Shown here: in pieces, positions 44,363-53,363 of the stretch
Numbering within the stretch: the first letter of the stretch is position 1
Layout of the letters: each line of letters begins with the position of its first letter
IMG/VR virus record: IMGVR_UViG_3300033142_000627
Location: 13,280 to 77,279 of that record
Origin: a virus
Taxonomy: Duplodnaviria; Heunggongvirae; Uroviricota; Caudoviricetes
Reading direction: 5' to 3' (one strand)
Length of the DNA: 64,000 nt
Program-made: the position numbers and the translations under genes
The notes under the pieces: generated by a model
The model's database searches: none
What the model was told of the DNA's origin: nothing
The model's input: only the letters and a program-made list of their open reading frames with translations

Positions 44363-44686
44363 TTACATCCAGCGATAAGTTTTTTCAAAGATTTCTTTAT
44401 CACAGATATATAGTTCATCATCAATTCCTCTCATAAGATAATCTCCAGGTTTGCCCTGTTTGTAATCGCCCTCAAGACTGTTAACTCTAAAATGTTCCTC
44501 AACTTGCATTGCATGAACCTCGATTGGTCTCTTCATACAAGTTGACATATCATCAACGACTTCAAATGTTTCAAATGTTTTCATACTATTTTCCTTTTCT
44601 GGGTAACAACAAGCAGAGAAATGGGTTATACCTTCTGTCGAATGACAAGAACATGTACAACCGTTATATGCGGGAGGAAGTGCCAT
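44363..44686 (-). CDS. Hypothetical Cys-rich protein (107 aa)
   Basis: CTCSCH...CC motif. Confidence 0.45.
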   Translation of the reverse strand: MALPPAYNGCTCSCHSTEGITHFSACCYPEKENSMKTFETFEVVDDMSTCMKRPIEVHAMQVEEHFRVNSLEGDYKQGKPGDYLMRGIDDELYICDKEIFEKTYRWM

Positions 44687-45273
44687 TAACTACACTTCGA
44701 GTAGTCACACTCACCATTCACACATTCCTCACAACCATCACTCTTAATAAGTGACTTCTCGCCACATACATGACACATCACAGCGTTAGGTGGGTATATA
44801 ACCTCTTTCTTCTCTGTATCTCTTAGATGTTCTTCTAAAGTGATACCAATTTCAGAGACAATAGACTTAATGTATTTGCCTTTTGACCAATAACCTCCAT
44901 TTGGGTCGACCACTGACTTGAGTTCATCAACAAGGAATTTGATATCTTCCTTATCCTCTTTACGCATCACAGCGGAGATAACTCTAGTGATAGCAGTTGT
45001 CCACTGGAAGTGAGTCGTGTCCTTTGAGTTAATAAAAATCTCAAAAGGATTTCCATCAACATCATCATTGATGGTGATATATGCTGATGCTGAACCCGGT
45101 GGTTTAATCTTATAAGTATAACCCTGTAGTTTTTCTTCTCTAACCTTTAGTACAGGTTTTACACGTTCGGCCGGTGCTGCCTCAGGCAACACCTCCACTG
45201 GTCTTAGTTTGGATTCGTCTGCATTTACTTTTAGAGAGACAATCTTTCCACTTAGTTTTTTAATTTCTGGCAT
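44686..45273 (-). CDS. nrdJ: Possible NrdJb-like C-terminal subunit of a split class II RNR (195 aa, C-terminal Cys cluster)
   Basis: Immediately downstream of NrdJa. The C-terminus CHVCGEKSLIKSDGCEECVNGECDYSKCS resembles the RNR C-terminal redox/zinc tail. Confidence 0.45.
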   Translation of the reverse strand: MPEIKKLSGKIVSLKVNADESKLRPVEVLPEAAPAERVKPVLKVREEKLQGYTYKIKPPGSASAYITINDDVDGNPFEIFINSKDTTHFQWTTAITRVISAVMRKEDKEDIKFLVDELKSVVDPNGGYWSKGKYIKSIVSEIGITLEEHLRDTEKKEVIYPPNAVMCHVCGEKSLIKSDGCEECVNGECDYSKCS

Positions 45274-45275
45274 TG

Positions 45276-47339
45276 TTATAGTTTCCCGTAGTATCCTTCT
45301 TTGATGGCGTCATATAGATTCGCCGCGGTGGTTTCTTCGCCTTCATACTCAATGATGTCATCACCTTGGAAAGTGTGTTCTTCGCCATCATCCATAACAA
45401 ATGTATATCCTGTATTCGCAAGGTCTTCTTTCTTTACCAATACCCCTTGGAAGTTTTCTGGATTGAATCTGAATGTTGTGCAACCCTTTAGATTCTGGTC
45501 ATAAGCATCCATGTAGATATCTTTAAATTCATCATAGTTAAAATCGGTTGGGATATTAACAGTCTTACTAATAGAGCTATCAATCCATTTCTGTGAAGCG
45601 GCCTGTACAGCGATGTGCTGTCTAGGAGAAATGTTGTCTGTTTCTCCCCATGTATCAGGAAGTTCTACAGATTCTCCAAACGTATGACGATACAGCAATG
45701 CTTCATAACTCCACACATCAACATTTTCCTTTGTCTTCTTTCCAGGTTTGATGATGTTACGGGTGTAGTGATGTGCAAAAGATGGTTCGATTCCATTAGA
45801 ACAGTTATTGTTAATAGATAACGCGATTGTACCTGTAGGAGCAATTGATGAGTGATGAGTGAAACGACAACCATCTTTACGAATATTGTCCCATAATTCA
45901 GGATTGGCCTTGCGAATCTTCAACATATAGTAAGAGAATACGAATAGTTCCTTACCCTTTAGTTTGTCTCCAATCTTAACTTTCTTATCACCGCCGCGAG
46001 TCTGATACTCTTCAAGCATTTTATGGTCAAGAACAAAGTCTTCTTCCATAATAGGCGCAGCACCTTTCTCAATAGCAAGTTCGTGACCAATCTTATAACC
46101 AGTCATGGCAATAATCTTAGAAACTTTCTCGGTGAATCTAACAGAAGCAGCATCACCATATGCCATACCCATCATGTTCATTGCTGAACCGAGTCCGAGA
46201 TATCCCATACCATGACGGCGTTTATGTGTGATTTCGTGTCGTTGACTCTTCAAAGGAAGACCATTGAATTCTACAACGTTGTCTAGCATACGTGTGAAGA
46301 TAGCAACAATCTCTTCAAATGCTTTCCAATCAAATGATGCGCGGGATGTAAATGCGTCTTTGATGAATCTTGTCAAGTTGACAGAACCAAGTAGACAAGA
46401 ACCGTCTTCTGGTAGAGGTTGTTCGCCGCATGGATTGGTTGCGCGGATGTTCTCACAGAACCAGTTGTTGTTCATCTTGTTCACTTCATCAATCAGAATG
46501 AATCCAGGTTCAGCAAAATCATATGTAGATTGCATGATGATATCCCACACATCTTTAGCCTTCATTGTGTCAAAGATGCGGTGTGCTACAAGATTAGTTT
46601 TCTCATCTCGTATAACATCACCTTCAACAACAGGCCAGTTTGGTTCTTTCCAAACATAGGCATCGTTCTCATCATATTCTTTCTTGTGTACAGGGAATAC
46701 AAAGTTCCAATCTTTGTTATCTTTAACGGCGTCCATGAACTCTTTGGTGATCAATAGAGATAGGTTGAATTGTCTGAATCGACCATCTTCGCGTTTCGCC
46801 TTGATAAAGTTGATTGCGTCAGGATGTGAGATATCAAATGTTCCCATCTGAGCACCTCTACGGCCGCCGGCAGAACTTACAGTGAAACACATCTTGTCAT
46901 AGATGTCCATGAACGACAATGAACCGGATGTTGTTGCGCCGACACCACCAACATGAGCGCCGCCTGGACGTAACACAGAGAATTCATATCCAATACCACA
47001 ACCCGCAGCGAGTGTAATGCCTGCTTGTTTGACACCTTCGAGAATTCCTGGCATCGAGTCTTCGATTGTAGATGATACTGTACAGTTGATTAATGATGTT
47101 GCTGGTTTATATTTTGATGCACCAGCGTTTGAGATGATGCGCCCAGCCGGTGTCGCGCCGCTTCGCAAGGCATATAAAAATGCTTCTTGCCAGGTGTCCT
47201 TTGACTTCTCGTTGGAAGCTAATGCAGCTGCAACTCTTAGAAAGGTTGCTTCGATATCTTTATCGATAATGTTTTCGTCTTTGTCTTTTAGTCTATACTT
47301 TTTATCGTATATGTCAAATGATGCTGGTTGTAAATCCAT
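45276..47339 (-). CDS. nrdJ: Class II (B12-dependent) ribonucleotide reductase large fragment NrdJa
   Basis: ATNPCGEQPL...CLLGSVNL active-site signature. Length 687 aa from the ATG at 47339; the listed 47438 start overlaps the upstream gene by 91 nt. Confidence 0.8.
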   Translation of the reverse strand: MDLQPASFDIYDKKYRLKDKDENIIDKDIEATFLRVAAALASNEKSKDTWQEAFLYALRSGATPAGRIISNAGASKYKPATSLINCTVSSTIEDSMPGILEGVKQAGITLAAGCGIGYEFSVLRPGGAHVGGVGATTSGSLSFMDIYDKMCFTVSSAGGRRGAQMGTFDISHPDAINFIKAKREDGRFRQFNLSLLITKEFMDAVKDNKDWNFVFPVHKKEYDENDAYVWKEPNWPVVEGDVIRDEKTNLVAHRIFDTMKAKDVWDIIMQSTYDFAEPGFILIDEVNKMNNNWFCENIRATNPCGEQPLPEDGSCLLGSVNLTRFIKDAFTSRASFDWKAFEEIVAIFTRMLDNVVEFNGLPLKSQRHEITHKRRHGMGYLGLGSAMNMMGMAYGDAASVRFTEKVSKIIAMTGYKIGHELAIEKGAAPIMEEDFVLDHKMLEEYQTRGGDKKVKIGDKLKGKELFVFSYYMLKIRKANPELWDNIRKDGCRFTHHSSIAPTGTIALSINNNCSNGIEPSFAHHYTRNIIKPGKKTKENVDVWSYEALLYRHTFGESVELPDTWGETDNISPRQHIAVQAASQKWIDSSISKTVNIPTDFNYDEFKDIYMDAYDQNLKGCTTFRFNPENFQGVLVKKEDLANTGYTFVMDDGEEHTFQGDDIIEYEGEETTAANLYDAIKEGYYGKL

Positions 47340-47347
47340 GCGGGCTC

Positions 47348-47701
47348 CTATTTTTGGTTCCAATATTTGGGTTTCTTTAAACAATTTTGAACAACTTCCC
47401 ATCCGCCCAATTCGTGCGTCAAGGTACATTGTGAACAATCTTTTCTTTTTACTCCTATCGGAGATTCAATAACTTCATAGTTTCCTGGACATTGTAGAAA
47501 TGCCAGAGGACAGTAACACATCAAACAATTCTGTTCTTGTCCTTCTTTTACATTGTGACAAGGATAGAACTCACACTCCTTATGAGAGAACCATTTATAC
47601 TTCTCAGTTTCAACGGTGTCTTTGGGTTCTACTCTTATCTTCATATATGGTACATTATATAGGTTGATGGGCGGGAATGTAAGGTCCGGCCAATTAACCA
47701 T
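47348..47701 (-). CDS. Cys-rich metal-binding protein (117 aa)
   Basis: FYPCHN...CLMCYCP...CPG...CSQC motif. Confidence 0.45.
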   Translation of the reverse strand: MVNWPDLTFPPINLYNVPYMKIRVEPKDTVETEKYKWFSHKECEFYPCHNVKEGQEQNCLMCYCPLAFLQCPGNYEVIESPIGVKRKDCSQCTLTHELGGWEVVQNCLKKPKYWNQK

Positions 47702-47894
47702 TGTTACTAGGGTTGTTTCTTTCTATCAGACCTACTTCATAAATGTCTAGTCGAGCTCTTGCTTCGGTTCTAGTTTCACAGGTCATTAAGTATTCTCCAA
47801 CTTCGTCATAACAATCATAACAGTTATTTTCTTCGTCATAATGAATATGAGCATCTTGCCAGAACTCATAATCGCGTTCTCTATTTATACCCAA
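47694..47894 (-). CDS. Hypothetical acidic protein (66 aa)
   Basis: Packed ORF. Confidence 0.4.
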   Translation of the reverse strand: MGINRERDYEFWQDAHIHYDEENNCYDCYDEVGEYLMTCETRTEARARLDIYEVGLIERNNPSNNG

Positions 47895-48959
47895 CTAAAC
47901 CTTTCTCCACTGATTAAATTTAGATAATCCCATTAAACCACTGAAAGCATTAGAGATTAAATATTCTGTTATTTTTTCTGGCGACCAATGATGATTCAAT
48001 ACAATATCATTGATATCTTCTCCAGTCTTAAATTTCTTGTTCCATAGTACTACTTTATGGCCGGATTGTAAAGACTTTTTCACTTTATCTACGATTGCCG
48101 TGTTTCTGGCGTCATTATCATACACCATGATGGCATCAGGGAACAAATCCATATACGACTCCAGATTGGAACCAGTGGCAGCGATGGCATTGTTCACGAA
48201 TAGAGAGTTGAGTGGTCCTTCGAGAAGGAGGATTGGTTTGGATTCGTCCACGGTGTCTAATCCGTAGATTTTAGGCATCTCATCATCAATTTTGATAGTG
48301 ATATACTTTGCTTTTGATTTAGGATTGAATGAACGACCTTGCATTGCGAACATCTTACCTTCCTTATCAAAGAACGGTATGACCAGTCTTGGTGTGTCGT
48401 ACTTTGTTGATTCAAAGGAACCACGTTTACAGAAGTTTGCGTAATCTTTGAACTTGTTTGTGTAGTATAGTCTATCGAGATATGGTTCAAGGCCTCTTTC
48501 ACGACAATATATTTTTGCTGGGTGATTATCATCAAGTCCAGATACTTTACGAACAAAGTTGTCTACCAGTAGATGATTGTATGTCTTATCAGATGTGAAG
48601 TCTAGGGCATGAGACACAAATGTTGGTTTCTGGTTCGCGAATACAGAATCATCGTCTTCTTTTATTGTTACTCTTTTCTTTGGAGCTCCGAATGACTCCT
48701 TGACGTATTCATTATATAGTGTATGGTCAATCTTCTTTAGGAAGGCACCAAACGGTAGAGATTCATTACATCTATAACAACCAGAGAACACCTGTCCTTT
48801 ATATATTTGGAAGTTGCCTCTAGTTACGTCAAGTTTATCCTTAGAGTCCCCACATATAGGGCATCGAAATGCCCATACGTCTTTCTTGACCTTATGGAAC
48901 TTCTCCAGTTTATGCGAAATCTTGTGTATATACTGGGTGTCTAGGAAAATGTCGCTCAT
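47895..48959 (-). CDS. 61: DNA primase gp61
   Basis: N-terminal zinc ribbon FRCPICGDSKDK. TOPRIM LLEGPLNSLFV...AIAATGS. About 354 aa, as in T4 gp61. Confidence 0.9.
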   Translation of the reverse strand: MSDIFLDTQYIHKISHKLEKFHKVKKDVWAFRCPICGDSKDKLDVTRGNFQIYKGQVFSGCYRCNESLPFGAFLKKIDHTLYNEYVKESFGAPKKRVTIKEDDDSVFANQKPTFVSHALDFTSDKTYNHLLVDNFVRKVSGLDDNHPAKIYCRERGLEPYLDRLYYTNKFKDYANFCKRGSFESTKYDTPRLVIPFFDKEGKMFAMQGRSFNPKSKAKYITIKIDDEMPKIYGLDTVDESKPILLLEGPLNSLFVNNAIAATGSNLESYMDLFPDAIMVYDNDARNTAIVDKVKKSLQSGHKVVLWNKKFKTGEDINDIVLNHHWSPEKITEYLISNAFSGLMGLSKFNQWRKV

Positions 48960-48988
48960 AATGTAGTAATAAATAAATTCAAGTAGTA

Positions 48989-49192
48989 TTAGTTATGTTT
49001 GGAGTAATTGCTTAATCGCGCTCCATCTTGAAACCCAGAGGATTTAAAATGAAGATGTTCTATATATTTTGTGTGGCCACATTTGTTACACTTAACTACA
49101 TGGTGGGACTCAGTTTTGATAATGTTTCCACACTCACAAATAACAGTGTTAGTTATAACACCCTTATCAACACCAATAGACTTTAATATCAT
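48989..49192 (-). CDS. Small zinc-ribbon protein (start revised to MILKSIG)
   Basis: CECG...CNKCGH motif. The listed start would overlap the plus-strand gene by 44 nt. Confidence 0.4.
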   Translation of the reverse strand: MILKSIGVDKGVITNTVICECGNIIKTESHHVVKCNKCGHTKYIEHLHFKSSGFQDGARLSNYSKHN

Positions 49193-49589
49193 GTTTAACT
49201 CCGATAATTTTGAAAAACCATTAAACAGTAACACATATCTTATATATGCCGCGAAGAACTATCACAATAAGTTTTGTAACGGCCTTGATGAATTCACACA
49301 GGATATCAAAACTCTATCTTCAATCAAAAGATCGTTGAGAAAGTATTCTAAAACTGGTGACATTAAGTTACAATTGACACTTAATCACATCATTACGTTC
49401 AGGAACCTCTTTGGTTCAATACAAGCTGGACGTATATTATTCTATTATTGTGACACTTTTACATATCCGGCGCTCAAGACACTGCTTACTTATCTTGAAT
49501 GCTGTCCTGCGGATATTCCAGAGGTAGATATAGCTAACATCAAGTATGATGATCATTTGATAGACATAATTCGGACTTACAATAAATAA
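49191..49589 (+). CDS. Hypothetical protein (132 aa), first gene of the plus-strand operon
   Basis: ATG at 49191 (MFNSDNFEKPL). Opposite strand to its neighbours. Confidence 0.45.
   Translation: MFNSDNFEKPLNSNTYLIYAAKNYHNKFCNGLDEFTQDIKTLSSIKRSLRKYSKTGDIKLQLTLNHIITFRNLFGSIQAGRILFYYCDTFTYPALKTLLTYLECCPADIPEVDIANIKYDDHLIDIIRTYNK
49582..49588 (+). promoter_or_regulatory. Late-promoter-like ATAAATA core
   Basis: caATAAATAataac sits 40 nt upstream of the ATG at 49628. Confidence 0.3.
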
Positions 49590-49627
49590 TAACATTATCA
49601 AACACTTTAGTCAAGAGAATATCTAAA

Positions 49628-50146
49628 ATGGGTCTACTTCAATCACTCGCAGCATATAAAATCATAAAAGCTCTTGCCACGCCGTTTCCTAAATGGCCTG
49701 CATACAAGCTTGGTTTGATTGACGACAAAGGACGTACACTCAGAGAACCAAAGACCAAAGAAGAGAAAGATTCTCTATCTCTATTCGACAGGGTCATCAA
49801 AAACGTAAAGAAACTCATCATGAGAGCTCCTATGGGTTCATTTGCTGTTGGTTCACTCATTGTTGCACTAAAGATTCTCAAAGAAGATGCCGGGCATGAT
49901 GTTACTGATATTGTACTTGAATACCTAGATGATAATGGTATTGTTTTACAACTGAATGAGGATGATAACTCAAAAGAACCTTTCTGTCAAGGCAAATACA
50001 TAGATAATCTATCAGAGAAGATGTTTATTGTCAAGGAAGAGTTATTCCCTTGTGATATCATCATGGGATGCCCAGTTTACGAGGTTACAGATGTGGTTGG
50101 TAAAGACGTATTATTCGTCACAAGAGATAATGTAAGAATGGTATGA
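49628..50146 (+). CDS. Hypothetical protein (172 aa)
   Basis: Plus-strand operon ORF. Confidence 0.5.
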   Translation: MGLLQSLAAYKIIKALATPFPKWPAYKLGLIDDKGRTLREPKTKEEKDSLSLFDRVIKNVKKLIMRAPMGSFAVGSLIVALKILKEDAGHDVTDIVLEYLDDNGIVLQLNEDDNSKEPFCQGKYIDNLSEKMFIVKEELFPCDIIMGCPVYEVTDVVGKDVLFVTRDNVRMV

Positions 50147-50167
50147 CAAGATCCGTACCATAATTTG

Positions 50168-50174
50168 ATAAATA
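50168..50174 (+). promoter_or_regulatory. Late-promoter-like ATAAATA core
   Basis: tgATAAATAataat sits 27 nt upstream of the ATG at 50201. Confidence 0.3.
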
Positions 50175-50200
50175 ATAATAAGATTTAATAGGAATAGTAA

Positions 50201-50791
50201 ATGAAGTCGTTTAAAGATTTTGGCAATCACCAAGAATTCTCTCTGGAGTTGAATAACATTATTGAATTAATGGAATTTGAGAAGATGGGAGTAGATACCC
50301 TAACAGAGGAAACACTGGACGAATTTAAGATGCCTGATATAACCGGCGCATTGAAGACCGCTGGGTTCCATGTAAAGAAGGGACGAGGCCTAATGCAAAT
50401 CATTGCTGCTTCTGGTACCCATATGGCGAAGATTCTATACCATGCTGTGAAGGCAGCGAAAGGTGATGAAGCTTCCGTCGCAGAATTAAAGAAATTACTA
50501 GCAAAGAAAATAACCAAAGAGGACATCATTGATGTTCTTTTAAAGATTGACCAATTAACATTACACGCATTGACTGGTCCTATTCATGCGATTGAGGCGA
50601 TTACAGGTTGGCATATTGCAGCTGCGATTAAGAATGTAAGAAAGGTCAGTGATGATATCAAGCAGAAGGTTGTTAATGTCATTGATACCTTAAAGACACT
50701 CGCAAAGAAGGTTGATAAGGCCATCGCGGCAAAGGTGACCTCTTTGACAACCGATATTTCAAACACATTCAAAGATTATACGGTAGCATAA
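50201..50791 (+). CDS. Candidate head internal protein with a capsid-targeting-like N-terminus (196 aa)
   Basis: N-terminus MKSFKDFGNHQEF resembles the T4 internal-protein leader MKTYQEFIAE. Ala/Lys-rich helical body. Confidence 0.4.
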   Translation: MKSFKDFGNHQEFSLELNNIIELMEFEKMGVDTLTEETLDEFKMPDITGALKTAGFHVKKGRGLMQIIAASGTHMAKILYHAVKAAKGDEASVAELKKLLAKKITKEDIIDVLLKIDQLTLHALTGPIHAIEAITGWHIAAAIKNVRKVSDDIKQKVVNVIDTLKTLAKKVDKAIAAKVTSLTTDISNTFKDYTVA

Positions 50792-51282
50792 TGAGATCAT
50801 TTAAGAAATGGGTAGATGATAATGTCATCGGCAATATTGTTTATTATATCGACAAGGGCGATAATGTAGATAAGATTGTTAAAAATATTAATAGTCATAC
50901 TGGTACCAATATGAAGAAGATGTTGAAAAAGTCTTTCTCAAGGATGAAACCAGAAGAGGTTTCAAAAACAACATATGATAAACTAAAACGTATCGTATCA
51001 TTGGTAGAAGAAGCATCAACAACCGTCGCAGGAGTCTCAGGAGGACCCGGTGGTTCGTTTGAACCTCACGGCATGGCATTCGGTAAGCCTTACTTTGATG
51101 TATGTCAGGACACCTTCTCAGCATGTTACAAAGGTGGCAAAGAACATCGTAAACATTGGTTAAAGAAACTAGGCAATACGGAATCATCACATCTGATTCG
51201 TAGATGGACGGCAAAGAATCCCGGCAAACAGTTTCTATTGAAGTTGAAAGACCAGAATCAATGGGTTAACGGTAGAGCATAA
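50791..51282 (+). CDS. Candidate internal protein (163 aa) with a similar MRSFKKW N-terminus
   Basis: Same M-[KR]-S-F-K N-terminal pattern as the preceding gene. ATGA coupling. Confidence 0.4.
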   Translation: MRSFKKWVDDNVIGNIVYYIDKGDNVDKIVKNINSHTGTNMKKMLKKSFSRMKPEEVSKTTYDKLKRIVSLVEEASTTVAGVSGGPGGSFEPHGMAFGKPYFDVCQDTFSACYKGGKEHRKHWLKKLGNTESSHLIRRWTAKNPGKQFLLKLKDQNQWVNGRA

Positions 51283-51605
51283 TGATACTAAAACCTAAAA
51301 CGACCATTTTACTATCAGAGATAGGCATTAGCGCTCTGATGATTGCAAGTTGTTACATATTCCTTGTGGATTACATTAGTCTCAGAGAAGACAACGAAAT
51401 AGCCATGGAATATATTGAAAATTTCAGAACTGACCACGGTTCAATGAAAATAGAACTTCAAAATAAAATTAAGATAGTTGAACACAGCTCAACGAAATTA
51501 AAAAATAGTAAATTACTATACGATGGAAGAATAAGTCGAATCAAGGAACTAGAAGAAAGAATAAAATCACTTGAGAAGACGGCACTTTCTAATGACGGAA
51601 CTTAA
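51282..51605 (+). CDS. Membrane-anchored coiled-coil protein (107 aa)
   Basis: N-terminal TM helix then a heptad-like region. Confidence 0.45.
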   Translation: MILKPKTTILLSEIGISALMIASCYIFLVDYISLREDNEIAMEYIENFRTDHGSMKIELQNKIKIVEHSSTKLKNSKLLYDGRISRIKELEERIKSLEKTALSNDGT

Positions 51606-52170
51606 TAAAAACGATAAAGCGAACGACAACAATCAACAAAATATTTTCAATGACTTGCAAAAGCAAATTAAAGTATTAGAAGATGAACTCGTTGCGGTCT
51701 CAAAAGGAGATAGCGTATCAACCAAAGATGTTGTGAAAATAAATCGTCTTGTTAAATCTATATGGTCTCTGGCCAGTATCTTTCTCGCCTTGGTGTCCTC
51801 AACATCCTATATATACATAGAATCAAAAAGAGCACTAGATGCGATTGAAGAAAATAACACAGCAATCGTTGAAATAAGAAAAGAAGACAAAAAGGTATTA
51901 GAACTTGTCAAAAAAGCTTTAGAAAAGAACGACGAAGAATTATCAAAAATAATCAATATCAAAGTTGATGATAGATTATCAGATTTGGTAAAGATAACAA
52001 AAGAGGCCGCCGACGATGCGAAGGATTCCAGAGAGTTGGTTGAGGAATCTGCTCAGGCAATGGCAGGAATGAATGACTCTGTGAGAGCTAACTATAAAGA
52101 ACTTCTTAGATATAAGAAAGAGGTTACTGTTAGACTACAAAGAATCGAAAAGAAGTTAAAAGCTAAATAA
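51589..52170 (+). CDS. Coiled-coil protein with a central TM segment (start revised to MTELNK)
   Basis: Heptad repeats. Hydrophobic stretch IWSLASIFLALVSSTSYIYI. Confidence 0.45.
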   Translation, partial: LMTELNKNDKANDNNQQNIFNDLQKQIKVLEDELVAVSKGDSVSTKDVVKINRLVKSIWSLASIFLALVSSTSYIYIESKRALDAIEENNTAIVEIRKEDKKVLELVKKALEKNDEELSKIINIKVDDRLSDLVKITKEAADDAKDSRELVEESAQAMAGMNDSVRANYKELLRYKKEVTVRLQRIEKKLKAK

Positions 52171-52173
52171 ATA
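52167..52173 (+). promoter_or_regulatory. Late-promoter-like ATAAATA core
   Basis: aaATAAATAcac sits 34 nt upstream of the ATG at 52207. Confidence 0.3.
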
Positions 52174-52206
52174 CACAAAATAAGAATCGACAAATGAGAA
52201 TCGAGA

Positions 52207-52662
52207 ATGAATTTATTAAAAGCAATAACTTTATGTTTTGTGATAAGTTTAGCTGGCAAACCATCAATAACACAGGCCGAGTTTTCCATACAACAGAACG
52301 AACTGGTAGGACCAGTACCTACTAAAGATACAAATTCATTCATCACTCAATATGAACTATATAACATATTCAGTTTTAATGAGACAGAAAGTTGGAACGG
52401 AGGTCGTATTGTGGTTGTAATGTTCGACATACACTCTAGGGAACACAAGAATTTTGTAAAAGATACCATTCTGTATCCTTGGAAGTCCTATATGAAGTAC
52501 GCTGAACGTAGATACAAGTCAGCTGATACTATTATTGTTAAGAACTATAGCGAGATGATAGAAGCAATCACATACAACTTGGGTGCTATTGGTTACTTGC
52601 CAAAAGGTAGTGTGTTGTACAATAGCAAACATAACGGAATTGTAGAGGTGAAGATTAGATAA
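52207..52662 (+). CDS. Secreted protein (151 aa, signal peptide)
   Basis: Signal peptide MNLLKAITLCFVISLAGKPSITQA. Confidence 0.5.
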   Translation: MNLLKAITLCFVISLAGKPSITQAEFSIQQNELVGPVPTKDTNSFITQYELYNIFSFNETESWNGGRIVVVMFDIHSREHKNFVKDTILYPWKSYMKYAERRYKSADTIIVKNYSEMIEAITYNLGAIGYLPKGSVLYNSKHNGIVEVKIR

Positions 52663-53363
52663 TGCCCGATTCATACATATATAAAATGGCGGATAAACAC
52701 AACGTAACTGTGGACAGAACAGAAGAGTTGTGGTTCAAAGCAAGAAAACTTGCTGCAGAGGCAGGTCACAAAGACGAATATGATTACATTACAGGAATAT
52801 TTAAGAAAATGATAGGCGAAGAGATGAACGAAGATTACTGGTCAGACTTTCCAGAAAAGATTGACGATAAGAAAGTACAACTATTCTTGGGTCGTATGCA
52901 ACCTATCCATAAGGGACACGATGCAATCATTAAGATGATGAAGAATCCAGTCGTTGTTCTTGTAAAAGGAAAGGAGTCTTCAAAGGACAAGTCAAGGAAT
53001 CCACTGGACGCGAAGTATCAGACCAAGTTGATACACAAACTCAACCCTAGAGCGATGGTCATTGTGGCGAAAACTGGTTACATTCCAGACACTATCTCAT
53101 TACTACGTGACCAAGGACTTGATGTTGATTTAGTATTAGCAGGCAACGACCGCATTGGTTCATATAAGAAACAGATTGATTCAGCGAATAAGAAACTTGA
53201 TGACTGGCAACAAATGGAAGTTAAGTATAAGGAAACGCCTAGAATTACATCAGCTACAGATGTTCGTAACGCTATTAAGAGTGATGACAGAGAGACATTT
53301 GAAAAGCTTGTCCCTAAGAAACTTCATTCTGAATGGGACAAACTACGCAAACTGGTTAAGTAA
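52662..53363 (+). CDS. NadM-type nicotinamide-mononucleotide adenylyltransferase-like protein (HxGH cytidylyltransferase fold)
   Basis: LFLGRMQPIHKGHDAII matches archaeal-type NMNAT GRFQPFHKGH. C-terminal ITSATDVRNAI matches the ISSTxIR motif. Confidence 0.6.
   Translation: MPDSYIYKMADKHNVTVDRTEELWFKARKLAAEAGHKDEYDYITGIFKKMIGEEMNEDYWSDFPEKIDDKKVQLFLGRMQPIHKGHDAIIKMMKNPVVVLVKGKESSKDKSRNPLDAKYQTKLIHKLNPRAMVIVAKTGYIPDTISLLRDQGLDVDLVLAGNDRIGSYKKQIDSANKKLDDWQQMEVKYKETPRITSATDVRNAIKSDDRETFEKLVPKKLHSEWDKLRKLVK

Noticed and set aside
47340-47438. N-terminal 33-aa extension of NrdJ
   Set aside because: It overlaps the upstream Cys-rich gene by 91 nt. The start at 47339 (MDLQPASFDIY) leaves an 8-nt spacer and matches typical NrdJ N-termini better.
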